64,000 nucleotides of DNA from contig JABDCU010000003.1 in assembly GCA_013287965.1 (NCBI GenBank), positions 4,231 through 68,230 on the forward strand, read 5' to 3'. A model generated the notes under the pieces. It saw nothing but the letters and a program-made list of their open reading frames with translations, searched no databases and was not told the DNA's origin. Position numbers and translations under genes: made by a program. Below are positions 20,417-30,174 of this stretch, piece after piece. The DNA is from Candidatus Omnitrophota bacterium (lineage in GTDB: Bacteria > Omnitrophota > Gorgyraeia > Zapsychrales > Fredricksoniimonadaceae). How positions within the stretch are numbered: the first letter of the stretch is position 1; every line of letters begins with the position of its first letter.

Positions 20417-21709
20417 ATGGCGGACAATGTTCAGATCAATATCGACGGAAAAGCATTGGAATGTCCTATCATTGTCGGCACAGAAGGTGATAAGGCCTTT
20501 GATATCGCTAAATTGCGCAGTACAACGAATTATATCACCATGGACCCGGGTTTCGGCAATACCGGTTCCTGCAAAAGCGCCATTACCTATCTCGACGGAG
20601 AAAAAGGGGTCCTGCGTTACCGCGGCATTCCCATTGAACAGTTGGCCGAGAAATCCACCTTTGTGGAAACATCCTACCTTTTAATTTACGGCAAATTACC
20701 CAATCAAAAAGAATTAGATGCTTTTTCCGAGGCTTTTAATGAGCATTCCATGATCCACGAGGACATGAAAAATCTTTTTGATGCTTATCCGTCCTCAGCA
20801 CACCCCATGGCCAGCCTTTCAGCCATGGTCTGTTCTTTGTCTGCTTATTATCCTGAATTAATTAAAGAAAACCCAACTAAGGAAGAGATCGACCGCATCG
20901 CGGTACAACTTTTATCCAAGATACGCACCATTTGTGCTTTTTCCCATAAAAAATCCGTCGGTGAGGCTTTTGTGTATCCTCGCCATGATTTAAAATATGT
21001 GCCTAATTTCTTAAATATGATGTTTGCTTCGACAGCCAAGCCTTACAAGATCACGGATGAAGTGGTGCGTGCCATGCAGGTACTCTTGATCCTGCATGCT
21101 GATCATGAGCAAAATTGCTCAACATCCACCGTGCGTTTAGTGGGTTCTTCACATGCGAATTTATATGCGTCTATTTCCGCGGGTATCTGTGCCTTGTGGG
21201 GGCCTTTGCATGGCGGAGCTAATCAGGCGGTGATCGAGATGTTAGAAGAGGTCCAAAAAGGCGGAGGAGATGTCCAGAAGTACATCGGCAAAGCCAAGGA
21301 CAAGAATGATACCTTCCGTTTGATGGGCTTTGGCCACCGGGTTTATAAGAATTTTGACCCGCGCGCCAAGATCATCAAGCAATGCGCTGATGACCTGCTT
21401 AACAAATTAGGCATCCATGATCCTTTGCTCGATTTGGCCAAGAAGATGGAAGAAGCTGCTCTTAAGGATGAATATTTTATCGCGCGTAAATTATATCCCA
21501 ACGTTGATTTTTATAGCGGCATCATTTACCGCGCCATTGGTGTGCCTTTGAACATGTTCCCGGTGATGTTTGCCATCGGACGCATGCCCGGCTGGATCGC
21601 CCATTGGAAAGAAATGATCCAGGACCCGACGACAAAGATCGGCAGGCCGTTCCAAATTTATATCGGTGCCCCTAAAACAGATTATGTCCCCATTGAAAAG
21701 AGAACATAG
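20417..21709 (+). CDS. gltA: citrate synthase
   Basis: LILHADHEQNCSTST, GPLHGGAN, MGFGHRVYKNFDPRA; start set to ATG 20417 (GGGGG SD). Confidence 0.95.
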   Translation: MADNVQINIDGKALECPIIVGTEGDKAFDIAKLRSTTNYITMDPGFGNTGSCKSAITYLDGEKGVLRYRGIPIEQLAEKSTFVETSYLLIYGKLPNQKELDAFSEAFNEHSMIHEDMKNLFDAYPSSAHPMASLSAMVCSLSAYYPELIKENPTKEEIDRIAVQLLSKIRTICAFSHKKSVGEAFVYPRHDLKYVPNFLNMMFASTAKPYKITDEVVRAMQVLLILHADHEQNCSTSTVRLVGSSHANLYASISAGICALWGPLHGGANQAVIEMLEEVQKGGGDVQKYIGKAKDKNDTFRLMGFGHRVYKNFDPRAKIIKQCADDLLNKLGIHDPLLDLAKKMEEAALKDEYFIARKLYPNVDFYSGIIYRAIGVPLNMFPVMFAIGRMPGWIAHWKEMIQDPTTKIGRPFQIYIGAPKTDYVPIEKRT

Positions 21710-21717
21710 GAGATCAT

Positions 21718-23109
21718 GTGATTTTATTTCGTCCACAGGCTAAATACGATAAGGATGCGGCAGTGGTTTTTTTAGCCGCCGGCCAAACCCATGCCCGCTT
21801 TAAAAATGAACTGGAAAAAGGAGAGATTTTTCCTCTGCTTGAAGGCGGCAAGACCCTTTTATTTGTCGGTTTAGGGAAAATAGATAAATTGTCTTTAACA
21901 GACCTGCGGGTACAGGTGCGCAAGGCCCTTTCATCCTGTTATCTTAAAAAAGCCAAAACAGTTGAGATCATCCCCCATCGCCGTGATGATGCGGCCATTA
22001 TTGCCGTTATTGAGGGAGTGTTGATCGGCACCTATGTTTGGGACAAATATAAATCAAAGGATAAGAACGATAAAACCGTCAAAGATAAACAAATAACCAT
22101 CGCTGTTGAACCCAAGAAGGTCTTCACTGATGCGGTTGCTGTTTGTCAGGGTGTAAGTTTGACCCGTGACCTGGTCAATGACAATGCGGACACGATCACC
22201 TCAGATTATTTTGAAAAAACAGTCCGCGGCCTTATTAAAGGGCATAAGAATATCCGCCTGGAGATCTTAAACCGTAAAGAATTAAAAGCCAAGGGCCTTA
22301 ATCTTCATCTGGCCGTCAATCAAGCCAGTAATAAAGAACCTAAGCTTATTATTGTCCGTTATAACGGCGGTAAAAAGAATGAAGGCTACACCGCGTTTAT
22401 CGGTAAAGGCATGACCTTTGATACCGGCGGTTTGAATTTAAAGCCCACCGGCGGCATTGAAACGATGAAAATAGACATGTCCGGGGCCGCGGCTGTTTGC
22501 GGAATTTTAAAAAATGCCCTGAGTTTAGGAATTAAGAAAAATTTACTTTTCGTTTTAGGGATCGCTGAAAATTCCATTGGTTCTGCTGCCTATAAACCGG
22601 GTGACGTGATCACCGGCTATGCAGGCAAGTCTGTTGAGATCGGTAATACCGACGCTGAAGGCCGTTTGGTTTTGGCGGATGCTTTTGCGTATGTGGTCAA
22701 AAATTATAAGCCGGCCAAGATGATCGACCTGGCGACCTTGACAGGTGCTTGTGTGGTGGCCTTGGGATTTGACCATTCCGGATTATTTTCCAATTCCGAT
22801 GAGTTGAGCCGCCAATTGCTGGAATCAGCAAGTAAGACCGATGACCGTGCCTGGCGCCTGCCTATTTATCCGGAGCTCAAAGAACATATCAAGTCCCCGA
22901 TCGCGGACTTAAAGAACACCAGCAATATCAAAGGCGGGGGAGCAAGCACCGCGGCGGAATTTTTGCACCAGTTCACAGAAGGCACCACCTGGGCCCATTT
23001 GGATATTGCCGGAAGCGCGTACGCCGAAGGAGCAGGGCGCATGTATTTTGGGTATGGCGCCACCGGCGCCGGTGTACGCCTGTTGACACATTATTTGTTA
23101 AATAATTAG
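21718..23109 (+). CDS. pepA: leucyl aminopeptidase (M17)
   Basis: GKGMTFDTGGLNLKP, NTDAEGRLVLADA; GTG start after AGGAGA. Confidence 0.9.
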   Translation: MILFRPQAKYDKDAAVVFLAAGQTHARFKNELEKGEIFPLLEGGKTLLFVGLGKIDKLSLTDLRVQVRKALSSCYLKKAKTVEIIPHRRDDAAIIAVIEGVLIGTYVWDKYKSKDKNDKTVKDKQITIAVEPKKVFTDAVAVCQGVSLTRDLVNDNADTITSDYFEKTVRGLIKGHKNIRLEILNRKELKAKGLNLHLAVNQASNKEPKLIIVRYNGGKKNEGYTAFIGKGMTFDTGGLNLKPTGGIETMKIDMSGAAAVCGILKNALSLGIKKNLLFVLGIAENSIGSAAYKPGDVITGYAGKSVEIGNTDAEGRLVLADAFAYVVKNYKPAKMIDLATLTGACVVALGFDHSGLFSNSDELSRQLLESASKTDDRAWRLPIYPELKEHIKSPIADLKNTSNIKGGGASTAAEFLHQFTEGTTWAHLDIAGSAYAEGAGRMYFGYGATGAGVRLLTHYLLNN

Positions 23110-23120
23110 GGAGGTTAAGT

Positions 23121-23981
23121 ATGGAAGGCTTTTTCATTCCTGTTTTGTTCATCATTTTCTTTTTTATATCCGGTATCCGCATTATCCGTCCGACCTCAAG
23201 AGGGCTCATTGAACGCCTTGGGAAATACAATCGTTTTGCAAATCTGGGATTTAACTGGGTCATCCCTTTGGTGGAAAATGTGTACATCGTCAATATCACC
23301 GAGCAATTGGTCAATGCTGAAACACAGGAGATCATTACCAATGATAATTTAAACGCTAAAGTTGATGCCCAGGTCTACTTTAAAGTCAGGCCTGATGAAG
23401 AAAGTGTTAAGAACTGCCAATATAATGTCGGTAATTACCAATACCAGATCGTTAATCTGGCGCGCACCACCTTGCGCAATATCATTGGTACCATGACCTT
23501 AAAAAGTGCCAATAGCGAGCGTGGGCGAATTAATACTGATCTGCATTCGATATTAGAGCGTGAGACCGCCAGCTGGGGCTTGGAAATTGTCCGCACGGAA
23601 CTTAAAGAAATTGATCCTCCCAAAGATGTCCAGGAAACCATGAACAAGGTTGTCAAAGCGGAGAATGAGAAAATTGCCGCCATTGACTTTGCCACCGCGA
23701 CGGAAACAGCAGCTGACGGCCAAAAGCGCGCGGAGATCAAAAAAGCCGAAGGCATCAAGCAAGCCAGGATCCTGGCAGCTGAAGGTGAATCTGAAGCCAT
23801 CCGCCTGGTCAATGAGGCCGCGGATAGATATTTTGTGGGTAATGCCCAACTCTTACGCCGTTTGGAAACAGTTGAGAAAGCTTTATCTCAAAATACAAAA
23901 ATTGTTGTTCCTATTAACAGTGAGTTGGTCAATGTCATTGGGGACCTTGCCGGCGGCATTGTCCCTATTAAAAAGGGTTAG
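23121..23981 (+). CDS. SPFH/band-7 (stomatin-like) membrane protein
   Basis: N-terminal [30 protein letters not shown], coiled-coil Ala/Glu-rich C-terminus. Confidence 0.85.
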   Translation: MEGFFIPVLFIIFFFISGIRIIRPTSRGLIERLGKYNRFANLGFNWVIPLVENVYIVNITEQLVNAETQEIITNDNLNAKVDAQVYFKVRPDEESVKNCQYNVGNYQYQIVNLARTTLRNIIGTMTLKSANSERGRINTDLHSILERETASWGLEIVRTELKEIDPPKDVQETMNKVVKAENEKIAAIDFATATETAADGQKRAEIKKAEGIKQARILAAEGESEAIRLVNEAADRYFVGNAQLLRRLETVEKALSQNTKIVVPINSELVNVIGDLAGGIVPIKKG

Positions 23982-23986
23982 CCATC

Positions 23987-25375
23987 ATGGATTATCGTGT
24001 AGAAACTGACAGCATGGGGGAAGTTAAAGTTGCCAAGGATAAATACTGGGGCGCGCAAACCCAGCGTTCCCTGGAAAATTTTAAGATCGGCGGTCACAAA
24101 TTCCCTAAAGAGATGATCAGGGCCCTTGGCATCCTTAAAAAAGCAGCTGCCATGACCAATCAAGAGCTCGGGAGTTTACCTGCTGACAAAGCCGGTTTAA
24201 TTATCCGCGCGGCTGATGAAGTCATTGAAGGCAAGCTCGATGCTCATTTTCCTTTAGTTGTTTGGCAAACCGGTTCAGGCACTCAGACAAACATGAATGC
24301 CAATGAAGTGATATCCAACCGTGCCATTGAATTGGCAGGCGGCGTCATGGGCAGCAAAAAACCCATTCACCCCAATGATGATGTTAACAAGGCCCAATCT
24401 TCCAATGACACTTTTCCAACAGCCATGAATATTGCCGCGGTTGAAGAGATCCAGCGACGGCTGATACCCATGGTCAAGAAATTACGCGATGCCCTGCAAA
24501 AAAAAGAAATAGAATTCAAAGATGTTATTAAGATCGGACGTACCCATTTAATGGACGCGACACCCTTGACCCTGGGCCAGGAAATTTCCGGGTATGTGCA
24601 GCAGTTGACCAGCGGTCTTGAACGTATTGAAGCGGTCATGCCGCACCTTTATGAATTGGCATTAGGGGGTACCGCCGTCGGTACCGGGCTTAACACGCAT
24701 CCGCAATTTGCCGTTAAATCCGCGGCAAAAATAGCCCAGATCACCGGAAAACCTTTTAAAACAGCGCGTAATAAATTTGAGGCCTTGGCCTGTCATGACA
24801 GCATGGTCAATTTAAGCGGGGTGTTAAATACCTTGGCTGTTTCATTAATGAAGATCGCCAATGATATCCGGTGGCTTGGTTCAGGTCCGCGTTCCGGTAT
24901 CGGAGAACTGCATTTGCCGGAAAATGAACCGGGCTCCTCGATCATGCCCGGCAAGGTAAACCCAACCCAGTGCGAGGCCATGACCATGGTCTGTGTCCAG
25001 GTGTTTGGCAATAACACCGCCGTGACGGTGGCCGGCTCGAACGGGAATTTTGAATTAAACGTTTATAAGCCGGTGATCATCTTTAATATCCTTAATTCCA
25101 TACAGCTTTTGTCAGACGCCTGTGAAAGTTTTACTGACCATTGCATCGTTGGTATTGAAGCCAATCGCCTTAATATCAAGAAAAACCTGGATAATTCATT
25201 GATGCTCGTCACCGCCTTAAATCCGCATATCGGTTATGATAATGCCGCGAAGGTTGCTAAAAAAGCATTCGCGGAAAATATCACCCTCAAAGAAGCGGCG
25301 ATCGCTTTAGGATTGTTGACAGCGGAAAAGTTTGATTCCCTGGTCCGTCCGCAAGACATGATAGGCCCTTCATGA
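23987..25375 (+). CDS. fumC: class II fumarate hydratase
   Basis: [16 protein letters not shown] signature, full length 462 aa. Confidence 0.95.
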   Translation: MDYRVETDSMGEVKVAKDKYWGAQTQRSLENFKIGGHKFPKEMIRALGILKKAAAMTNQELGSLPADKAGLIIRAADEVIEGKLDAHFPLVVWQTGSGTQTNMNANEVISNRAIELAGGVMGSKKPIHPNDDVNKAQSSNDTFPTAMNIAAVEEIQRRLIPMVKKLRDALQKKEIEFKDVIKIGRTHLMDATPLTLGQEISGYVQQLTSGLERIEAVMPHLYELALGGTAVGTGLNTHPQFAVKSAAKIAQITGKPFKTARNKFEALACHDSMVNLSGVLNTLAVSLMKIANDIRWLGSGPRSGIGELHLPENEPGSSIMPGKVNPTQCEAMTMVCVQVFGNNTAVTVAGSNGNFELNVYKPVIIFNILNSIQLLSDACESFTDHCIVGIEANRLNIKKNLDNSLMLVTALNPHIGYDNAAKVAKKAFAENITLKEAAIALGLLTAEKFDSLVRPQDMIGPS

Positions 25376-26475
25376 TCATTGGTGTTCCCAAGGAAATCAA
25401 AAACAATGAATGCCGTGTGAGCATTTTACCGGTAGGCGTGGAAACCCTGGTTCGCGCCGGCCACCAAGTTTTGATAGAGCACACTGCCGGTATCGGCAGC
25501 GGGATCACCGACGTTGATTATGAAACAGTGGGCGGGGAAATAATGGAAACGCCTGACATGATCTACTCCCAGGCAGAGATGATCGTCAAGATCAAGGAAC
25601 CCCAGCCTTCCGAATATAGACTGCTTAAAAAAGACCAAATTGTTTTTACTTATTTTCACTTTGCCGCCAGCCGTGAATTGACTGAAAGCTTGCTGGAGCG
25701 CAAGATCACAGCCCTGGCCTATGAAACTCTTCAGACGGAAGATGGGGAATTGCCATGTTTGACACCCATGTCTGAAGTGGCCGGCCGCATGGCCGTGCAC
25801 GAGGGGGCTAAATATTTGGAAGAACCCATGAAGGGCAGGGGAATTTTGTTGGCTGGTGTCCCAGGCGTTTATCCGGCGGAAGTGACCATTATCGGTGCCG
25901 GTGTCGTCGGCTCCAATGCTTGTAAAATGGCAGCGGGCTTAGGGGCAAATGTGACGGTTTTGGACATTAATTTAAACCGCCTGCGCTATCTGGAAGAGAT
26001 CATGCCTCCCAATGTCCACACCCTCATGAGCAATTCCCATAATATCCGTGAAGCGGTGCTTAGAGCTGACCTTGTCATCAGCTCTGTGTTGATCCGCGGG
26101 GCCAAAGCCCCGTGCCTGATCGACCGCAAATTAGTTTCCCAAATGAAAAAAGGGTCAGTGATCGTTGATGTGGCTATTGACCAGGGTGGCTCTGTTGAAA
26201 CCTCACGGCCCACCACCCATGAAAATCCCATTTATGTGGTTGATGGCGTGGTGCATTATTGCGTGACCAATATGCCCGGGGCTGTGGCCCGCACCAGCAC
26301 CTATGCCTTGACCAACGCCACCTTTCCCTATATCTTGAAGGTTGCCAACGACGGTTTTAAGAAATGGGTGAGGGATTCCCATGAGATACGCACGGCCTTA
26401 AACATGACGGAAGGGCATTTGACGATCAAAGAAGTGGCAGAGACTTTTGACATCCCTTACAAAAAATTTTCATAG
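25372..26475 (+). CDS. ald: alanine dehydrogenase
   Basis: [27 protein letters not shown] Rossmann motif; ATGA overlap with fumC. Confidence 0.95.
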   Translation: MIIGVPKEIKNNECRVSILPVGVETLVRAGHQVLIEHTAGIGSGITDVDYETVGGEIMETPDMIYSQAEMIVKIKEPQPSEYRLLKKDQIVFTYFHFAASRELTESLLERKITALAYETLQTEDGELPCLTPMSEVAGRMAVHEGAKYLEEPMKGRGILLAGVPGVYPAEVTIIGAGVVGSNACKMAAGLGANVTVLDINLNRLRYLEEIMPPNVHTLMSNSHNIREAVLRADLVISSVLIRGAKAPCLIDRKLVSQMKKGSVIVDVAIDQGGSVETSRPTTHENPIYVVDGVVHYCVTNMPGAVARTSTYALTNATFPYILKVANDGFKKWVRDSHEIRTALNMTEGHLTIKEVAETFDIPYKKFS

Positions 26476-28182
26476 AGGCCGCCAGACGCTGATCTCATAT
26501 GGCCTGTGGTCTTGAGGCGCGTAAACTAAAAGATATCCGTCATATTTGTAATATTTTTTAATATCATCGCCGATCCCCAAAGGTAAAAGAGTCGGCGGCA
26601 GCATGATCAGGTCAAATTTCTTATTCTCCACCCTGTTCCTGATGTTCCCAAAAAACATCAGCTGTTGAATATACACCCGAGCATCTTCTTTAAGCCAGCC
26701 TTTCATCCAATAGTTCCGTTCACCGCCTAATTGAAAATATTCCGTCTGGCCGTTATTCAGGACTTCTTTGTTTTGTTCGATCAATAGGGGTGCTATCAAA
26801 GAAGTATCAAGGATGTGTTGATGCTGGTTGACAAGCAAAGAAACCTCCACCCAGCTCAAGGTGTTTTTATTAAAGTATTTATAATTTTGGTCAGAAGTCA
26901 TCGTATATAGGTTATAGATCAAAAAAGGGACGCACAGCAACGGCCAAAAAGAACTACGGCTAAAGATCCAGGCCGCACCTATCAAAAGAAAGGGGGACAG
27001 TAATTGAAAGAAGTACCAAAGAAAGGCCCCGGAGTTGCGGCCCATTGACATATATAGAACCAATGAAGAGCATAATCCGGCGTAGAGGGCTAATCCTATG
27101 TCACTGCGAGCAAAGCGAAGCAGTCTTTTAAAAGAGATTGCTTCGTCGCCCTTCGGGCTTCTCGCAACGACGCTAATATTTTTAAGAATATACCCTAAAA
27201 TAAAAATCCCCATTAATATAAAGACCCATTGATGCAGGTCCCTATACGTAATGATCTGTGTGTGCAGCCTTTCCATGCTCGCCCAGGCAGGGGCCATGTT
27301 GACCTCGGAAAAAAAACAATTATCAAAATAAGCCGGAAAAATCTGGTTGATCACCCCGATGCTGATGATTAACAGCGGCAATAATACAAAAAAGTAGAAA
27401 AGGGATTTCATTTTAGAGACAAAAAGAAATAAATACGATAACATCACGAGGGCCCCTAAAAAGGTGTACATCTTGGTATAAAAAGCTAAGATCCCAAATA
27501 GGACACTTACAATTAACGACTTGTAAGAATATTGGCAAAACCAGGGGATAAACAGGGTCAATAAAAAAAAGAACGTGCCTGTGGCCCCGGGGTCAATGGT
27601 GGCAGTGCTGGTCCCCGGAAATAATAAAGAAGAATAAAGCATTAAAACAGCCCAAATGTTCAACAAAACAGGGACAGCCATTTTTTTAAGGACAAAGAAG
27701 GCCAGCACGCAGCAGCCTAATATAGAAAAAGCGGTAATTACCCTGTGGATGAGCATGGTGGTGCCAAAGATCTTGGCCCAAGGCCAGGCTAACAAGGGAT
27801 AAATGATCCCATACTCATTCATATATTGAGGCTGAAGGGACATGTCGTAAGGATTGAGCCCTTTGACCAAAGCATCGGTGCTTGACATCATTGCACTTTC
27901 CCTAAATGCAATAGGAAAAGGGAAGGTCACGGAAGCAAGGTGATAATGGAGAAGGCGAAGGGCGAAATAGGCCAGGGCAAACGCAAAGATCACCTGGAAA
28001 ATGCGTGAAACGAGGCGTAAAGAGGGGGCCATGAAATATATACTAACAAACAAAATCATTGACGGGAAGAATAAAGAAAATAGAATAGGTATATGCCAAT
28101 CAAGCACAACTCCTTTGAAGAGCGCCGTGACAGTGTGCGCGCCAAGCGCATCATTACTGTCCGCCACCGTTTGGTCAAGCAC
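26470..28182 (-). CDS. large polytopic membrane protein, GT-C/ArnT-PMT-like (putative glycosyltransferase); carries in-frame repeat insertion
   Basis: >12 hydrophobic helices; start uncertain (28182 overlaps the PilZ gene by 90 nt; Met at 28059 avoids it). Confidence 0.5.
   Translation of the reverse strand: MLDQTVADSNDALGAHTVTALFKGVVLDWHIPILFSLFFPSMILFVSIYFMAPSLRLVSRIFQVIFAFALAYFALRLLHYHLASVTFPFPIAFRESAMMSSTDALVKGLNPYDMSLQPQYMNEYGIIYPLLAWPWAKIFGTTMLIHRVITAFSILGCCVLAFFVLKKMAVPVLLNIWAVLMLYSSLLFPGTSTATIDPGATGTFFFLLTLFIPWFCQYSYKSLIVSVLFGILAFYTKMYTFLGALVMLSYLFLFVSKMKSLFYFFVLLPLLIISIGVINQIFPAYFDNCFFSEVNMAPAWASMERLHTQIITYRDLHQWVFILMGIFILGYILKNISVVARSPKGDEAISFKRLLRFARSDIGLALYAGLCSSLVLYMSMGRNSGAFLWYFFQLLSPFLLIGAAWIFSRSSFWPLLCVPFLIYNLYTMTSDQNYKYFNKNTLSWVEVSLLVNQHQHILDTSLIAPLLIEQNKEVLNNGQTEYFQLGGERNYWMKGWLKEDARVYIQQLMFFGNIRNRVENKKFDLIMLPPTLLPLGIGDDIKKYYKYDGYLLVYAPQDHRPYEISVWRPL
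27099..27126 (-). repeat. hairpin (REP-like) repeat, inverted copy, inside CDS
   Basis: Reverse complement AGACTGCTTCGCTTTGCTCGCAGTGACA; read through as RLLRFARSD. Confidence 0.7.
27133..27172 (+). repeat. hairpin (REP-like) repeat inside CDS
   Basis: AGAGATTGCTTCGTC-GCCC-TTC-GGGC-TTCTCGCAACGACG; read through (minus frame) as VVARSPKGDEAIS. Confidence 0.75.
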
Positions 28183-28455
28183 AGGGGCCGCAAGGTGGAT
28201 TCCATGTGGCAGCTGGCCACCACTGAGAATATGTCGCTCAGCGGTCTGCTTTTTGTGAGCGCTTTAGCGTATCATCCTGCGGATATCATTGAACTTCAGG
28301 TTGTAATGTCCGGCGTGCTTGATATTTTTAACGGTTATGGCAAAGTCATCCGTGCCGCCCGTAACAAAGGCGGTAATTATCACGTTGCCGTGAAATACGT
28401 TGACCTGAAAATTAAAACTCGTCCGGCTAAATCTATCTTAGTCTCTCAAAAATAA
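28093..28455 (+). CDS. PilZ domain protein (putative c-di-GMP receptor)
   Basis: EERRDSVRAKR (RxxxR) and ENMSLSGLLF (D/NxSxxG) motifs. Confidence 0.65.
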   Translation: MPIKHNSFEERRDSVRAKRIITVRHRLVKHRGRKVDSMWQLATTENMSLSGLLFVSALAYHPADIIELQVVMSGVLDIFNGYGKVIRAARNKGGNYHVAVKYVDLKIKTRPAKSILVSQK

Positions 28456-28457
28456 TT

Positions 28458-30173
28458 TTGCTGCCAATAATTCCCTTCATTATTCCCGTCATTGTAACGT
28501 TCTTTGTTTTCCTGCTTAAATCAGCAAGCGGTCCTTATTGGCAATTTCCTGATCCTTCTTACGGCTATCTCTCCAGCGGTCTTAGTCTTTTTAAAGGTTT
28601 TTCTCCAACTTTTAATTATCAGCCCGGGACTTCAGTTGAAATGCTCGGGGGGCTCACCATATTTTTGCTTAATATCGGCCATTCCACTTCGGACGCTGTC
28701 CGTCGGGTCCTGCTTGATCCTGATTTTTATTTAAACGCCATCAACACTGTAATGGTTGTATTTGTTTTTTTGACTTCATCTATTTTAGGGGTGTACGTTT
28801 ATCGGCAGACAAATGATAAGCTCGCGGTCCTGTTATCCCAATTGCCGGTTTTAAGTTTTTTGGCGTTAAGATCATATTCTTTTTACGATTATGTCCTGCC
28901 TGTTATTACCAATGTCAGTCCTGAGCCTTTGTTGATCAGCGTTGCCGCTCTTTTTAATCTCTGCTTCCTTAAGCTATTTTTTGCCAAAGAGCATCGGGAA
29001 GAAATGCTAATGACCATTTTACTAGGGGTCATATGCGCATTAGGGATCGCCACCAGGCTGACTTTTTCTCCTTATTTAATGATTCCTTTGATCGTCTGTA
29101 AGGGCAGGATGAAATTCCTCTTTTTGGCAGTGTCCGCCGTGTCTTTGTTCCTGTGGACCATCCCTATTATACCTTCCTATGGATGGGTGGGAGGCTGGAT
29201 CACCCGGCTTTTAACACACACGGGGGAGTATGGTTCAGGCACTCAAGGCTTTATTAACCTCTCTTTGTTTTTATTGAATTGTAATATTATTTTATCTAAG
29301 TGTTGGTATTTGATGTTATTCGGCCTTGGCGCCTTGATTTTAAGTTTGGGCCAGATCATTAAAAATCCCATGAGCAGAGGGACTTCTTTTTTTCTGGCAA
29401 CTGCTTTTTGCGTATTGGTCCAATTGGCCATCATTGCAAAACATTACGATGACCATTATCTGGTCGCTGCCATCAGTTTGTTCAGCCCTCTTTTTGTTTT
29501 GGCCTATGTGAATGTGAAAAATAAAAACATTTTTTTAAAAGCAACGGTTTTTTTATGCATCATTGTATTTATTGTCCAATCCCTGGGAAACGCCTTGGCC
29601 TATAGTAAGCAATTATCCGGGTATACAAAAGCAGCTGTCAGCTTTAACAATATGATCCATGAAAAATATGCTGATTTTATCTTCGTCGGTGTTTTTCCCA
29701 TGCCCATGTCAACCTCCGAGGCTGCTTTTTTTTGGGGCAATGACAGGGACAACAGGCAGCAGGATGAGCTTGCTAATTTATACCCTAAGCGTTTGGCCTA
29801 TTTTCTGACCAACATGAATGATTATGCCCCGTATGTTTCCGGCATTTATTCGATCAAGCAGCGGGTTTGGGCGGATGATCTTATTACGTCTGGCGCGCGC
29901 GTGATGTTTGTCGCTCCTAAGGGGTATGATTTTTCCCAAACTCCTTATACGGTACTGCCTTTGGAACAAGGGAAATACGCAGCCAGTTATCTTCTTGTTG
30001 CATCAACCGAGAAGCAAGCGGAGATGCTTTTTGACGCGGCTATTAAATTATTGGAAGCAGGGGATTACCCGCAGGCCTTTGTTCTTGCCTTAAAAAGCAA
30101 GCAGCTTCATTACCAGCCTGCCGGTAAGGTTGATTATCTGCTTAGTGTCATTTACCCCCGGATCAAACATTGA
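28458..30173 (+). CDS. large polytopic membrane protein, GT-C-like, with soluble C-terminal domain
   Basis: 571 aa, ~11 TM; TTG start 2 nt after PilZ stop; no catalytic motif recognised with confidence. Confidence 0.5.
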   Translation: MLPIIPFIIPVIVTFFVFLLKSASGPYWQFPDPSYGYLSSGLSLFKGFSPTFNYQPGTSVEMLGGLTIFLLNIGHSTSDAVRRVLLDPDFYLNAINTVMVVFVFLTSSILGVYVYRQTNDKLAVLLSQLPVLSFLALRSYSFYDYVLPVITNVSPEPLLISVAALFNLCFLKLFFAKEHREEMLMTILLGVICALGIATRLTFSPYLMIPLIVCKGRMKFLFLAVSAVSLFLWTIPIIPSYGWVGGWITRLLTHTGEYGSGTQGFINLSLFLLNCNIILSKCWYLMLFGLGALILSLGQIIKNPMSRGTSFFLATAFCVLVQLAIIAKHYDDHYLVAAISLFSPLFVLAYVNVKNKNIFLKATVFLCIIVFIVQSLGNALAYSKQLSGYTKAAVSFNNMIHEKYADFIFVGVFPMPMSTSEAAFFWGNDRDNRQQDELANLYPKRLAYFLTNMNDYAPYVSGIYSIKQRVWADDLITSGARVMFVAPKGYDFSQTPYTVLPLEQGKYAASYLLVASTEKQAEMLFDAAIKLLEAGDYPQAFVLALKSKQLHYQPAGKVDYLLSVIYPRIKH

Positions 30174-30174
30174 T

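Noticed and set aside
28001-28258. Plus-strand 85-aa ORF overlapping the PilZ gene start in another frame
   Set aside because: The PilZ frame carries both diagnostic motifs; the alternative frame has none.
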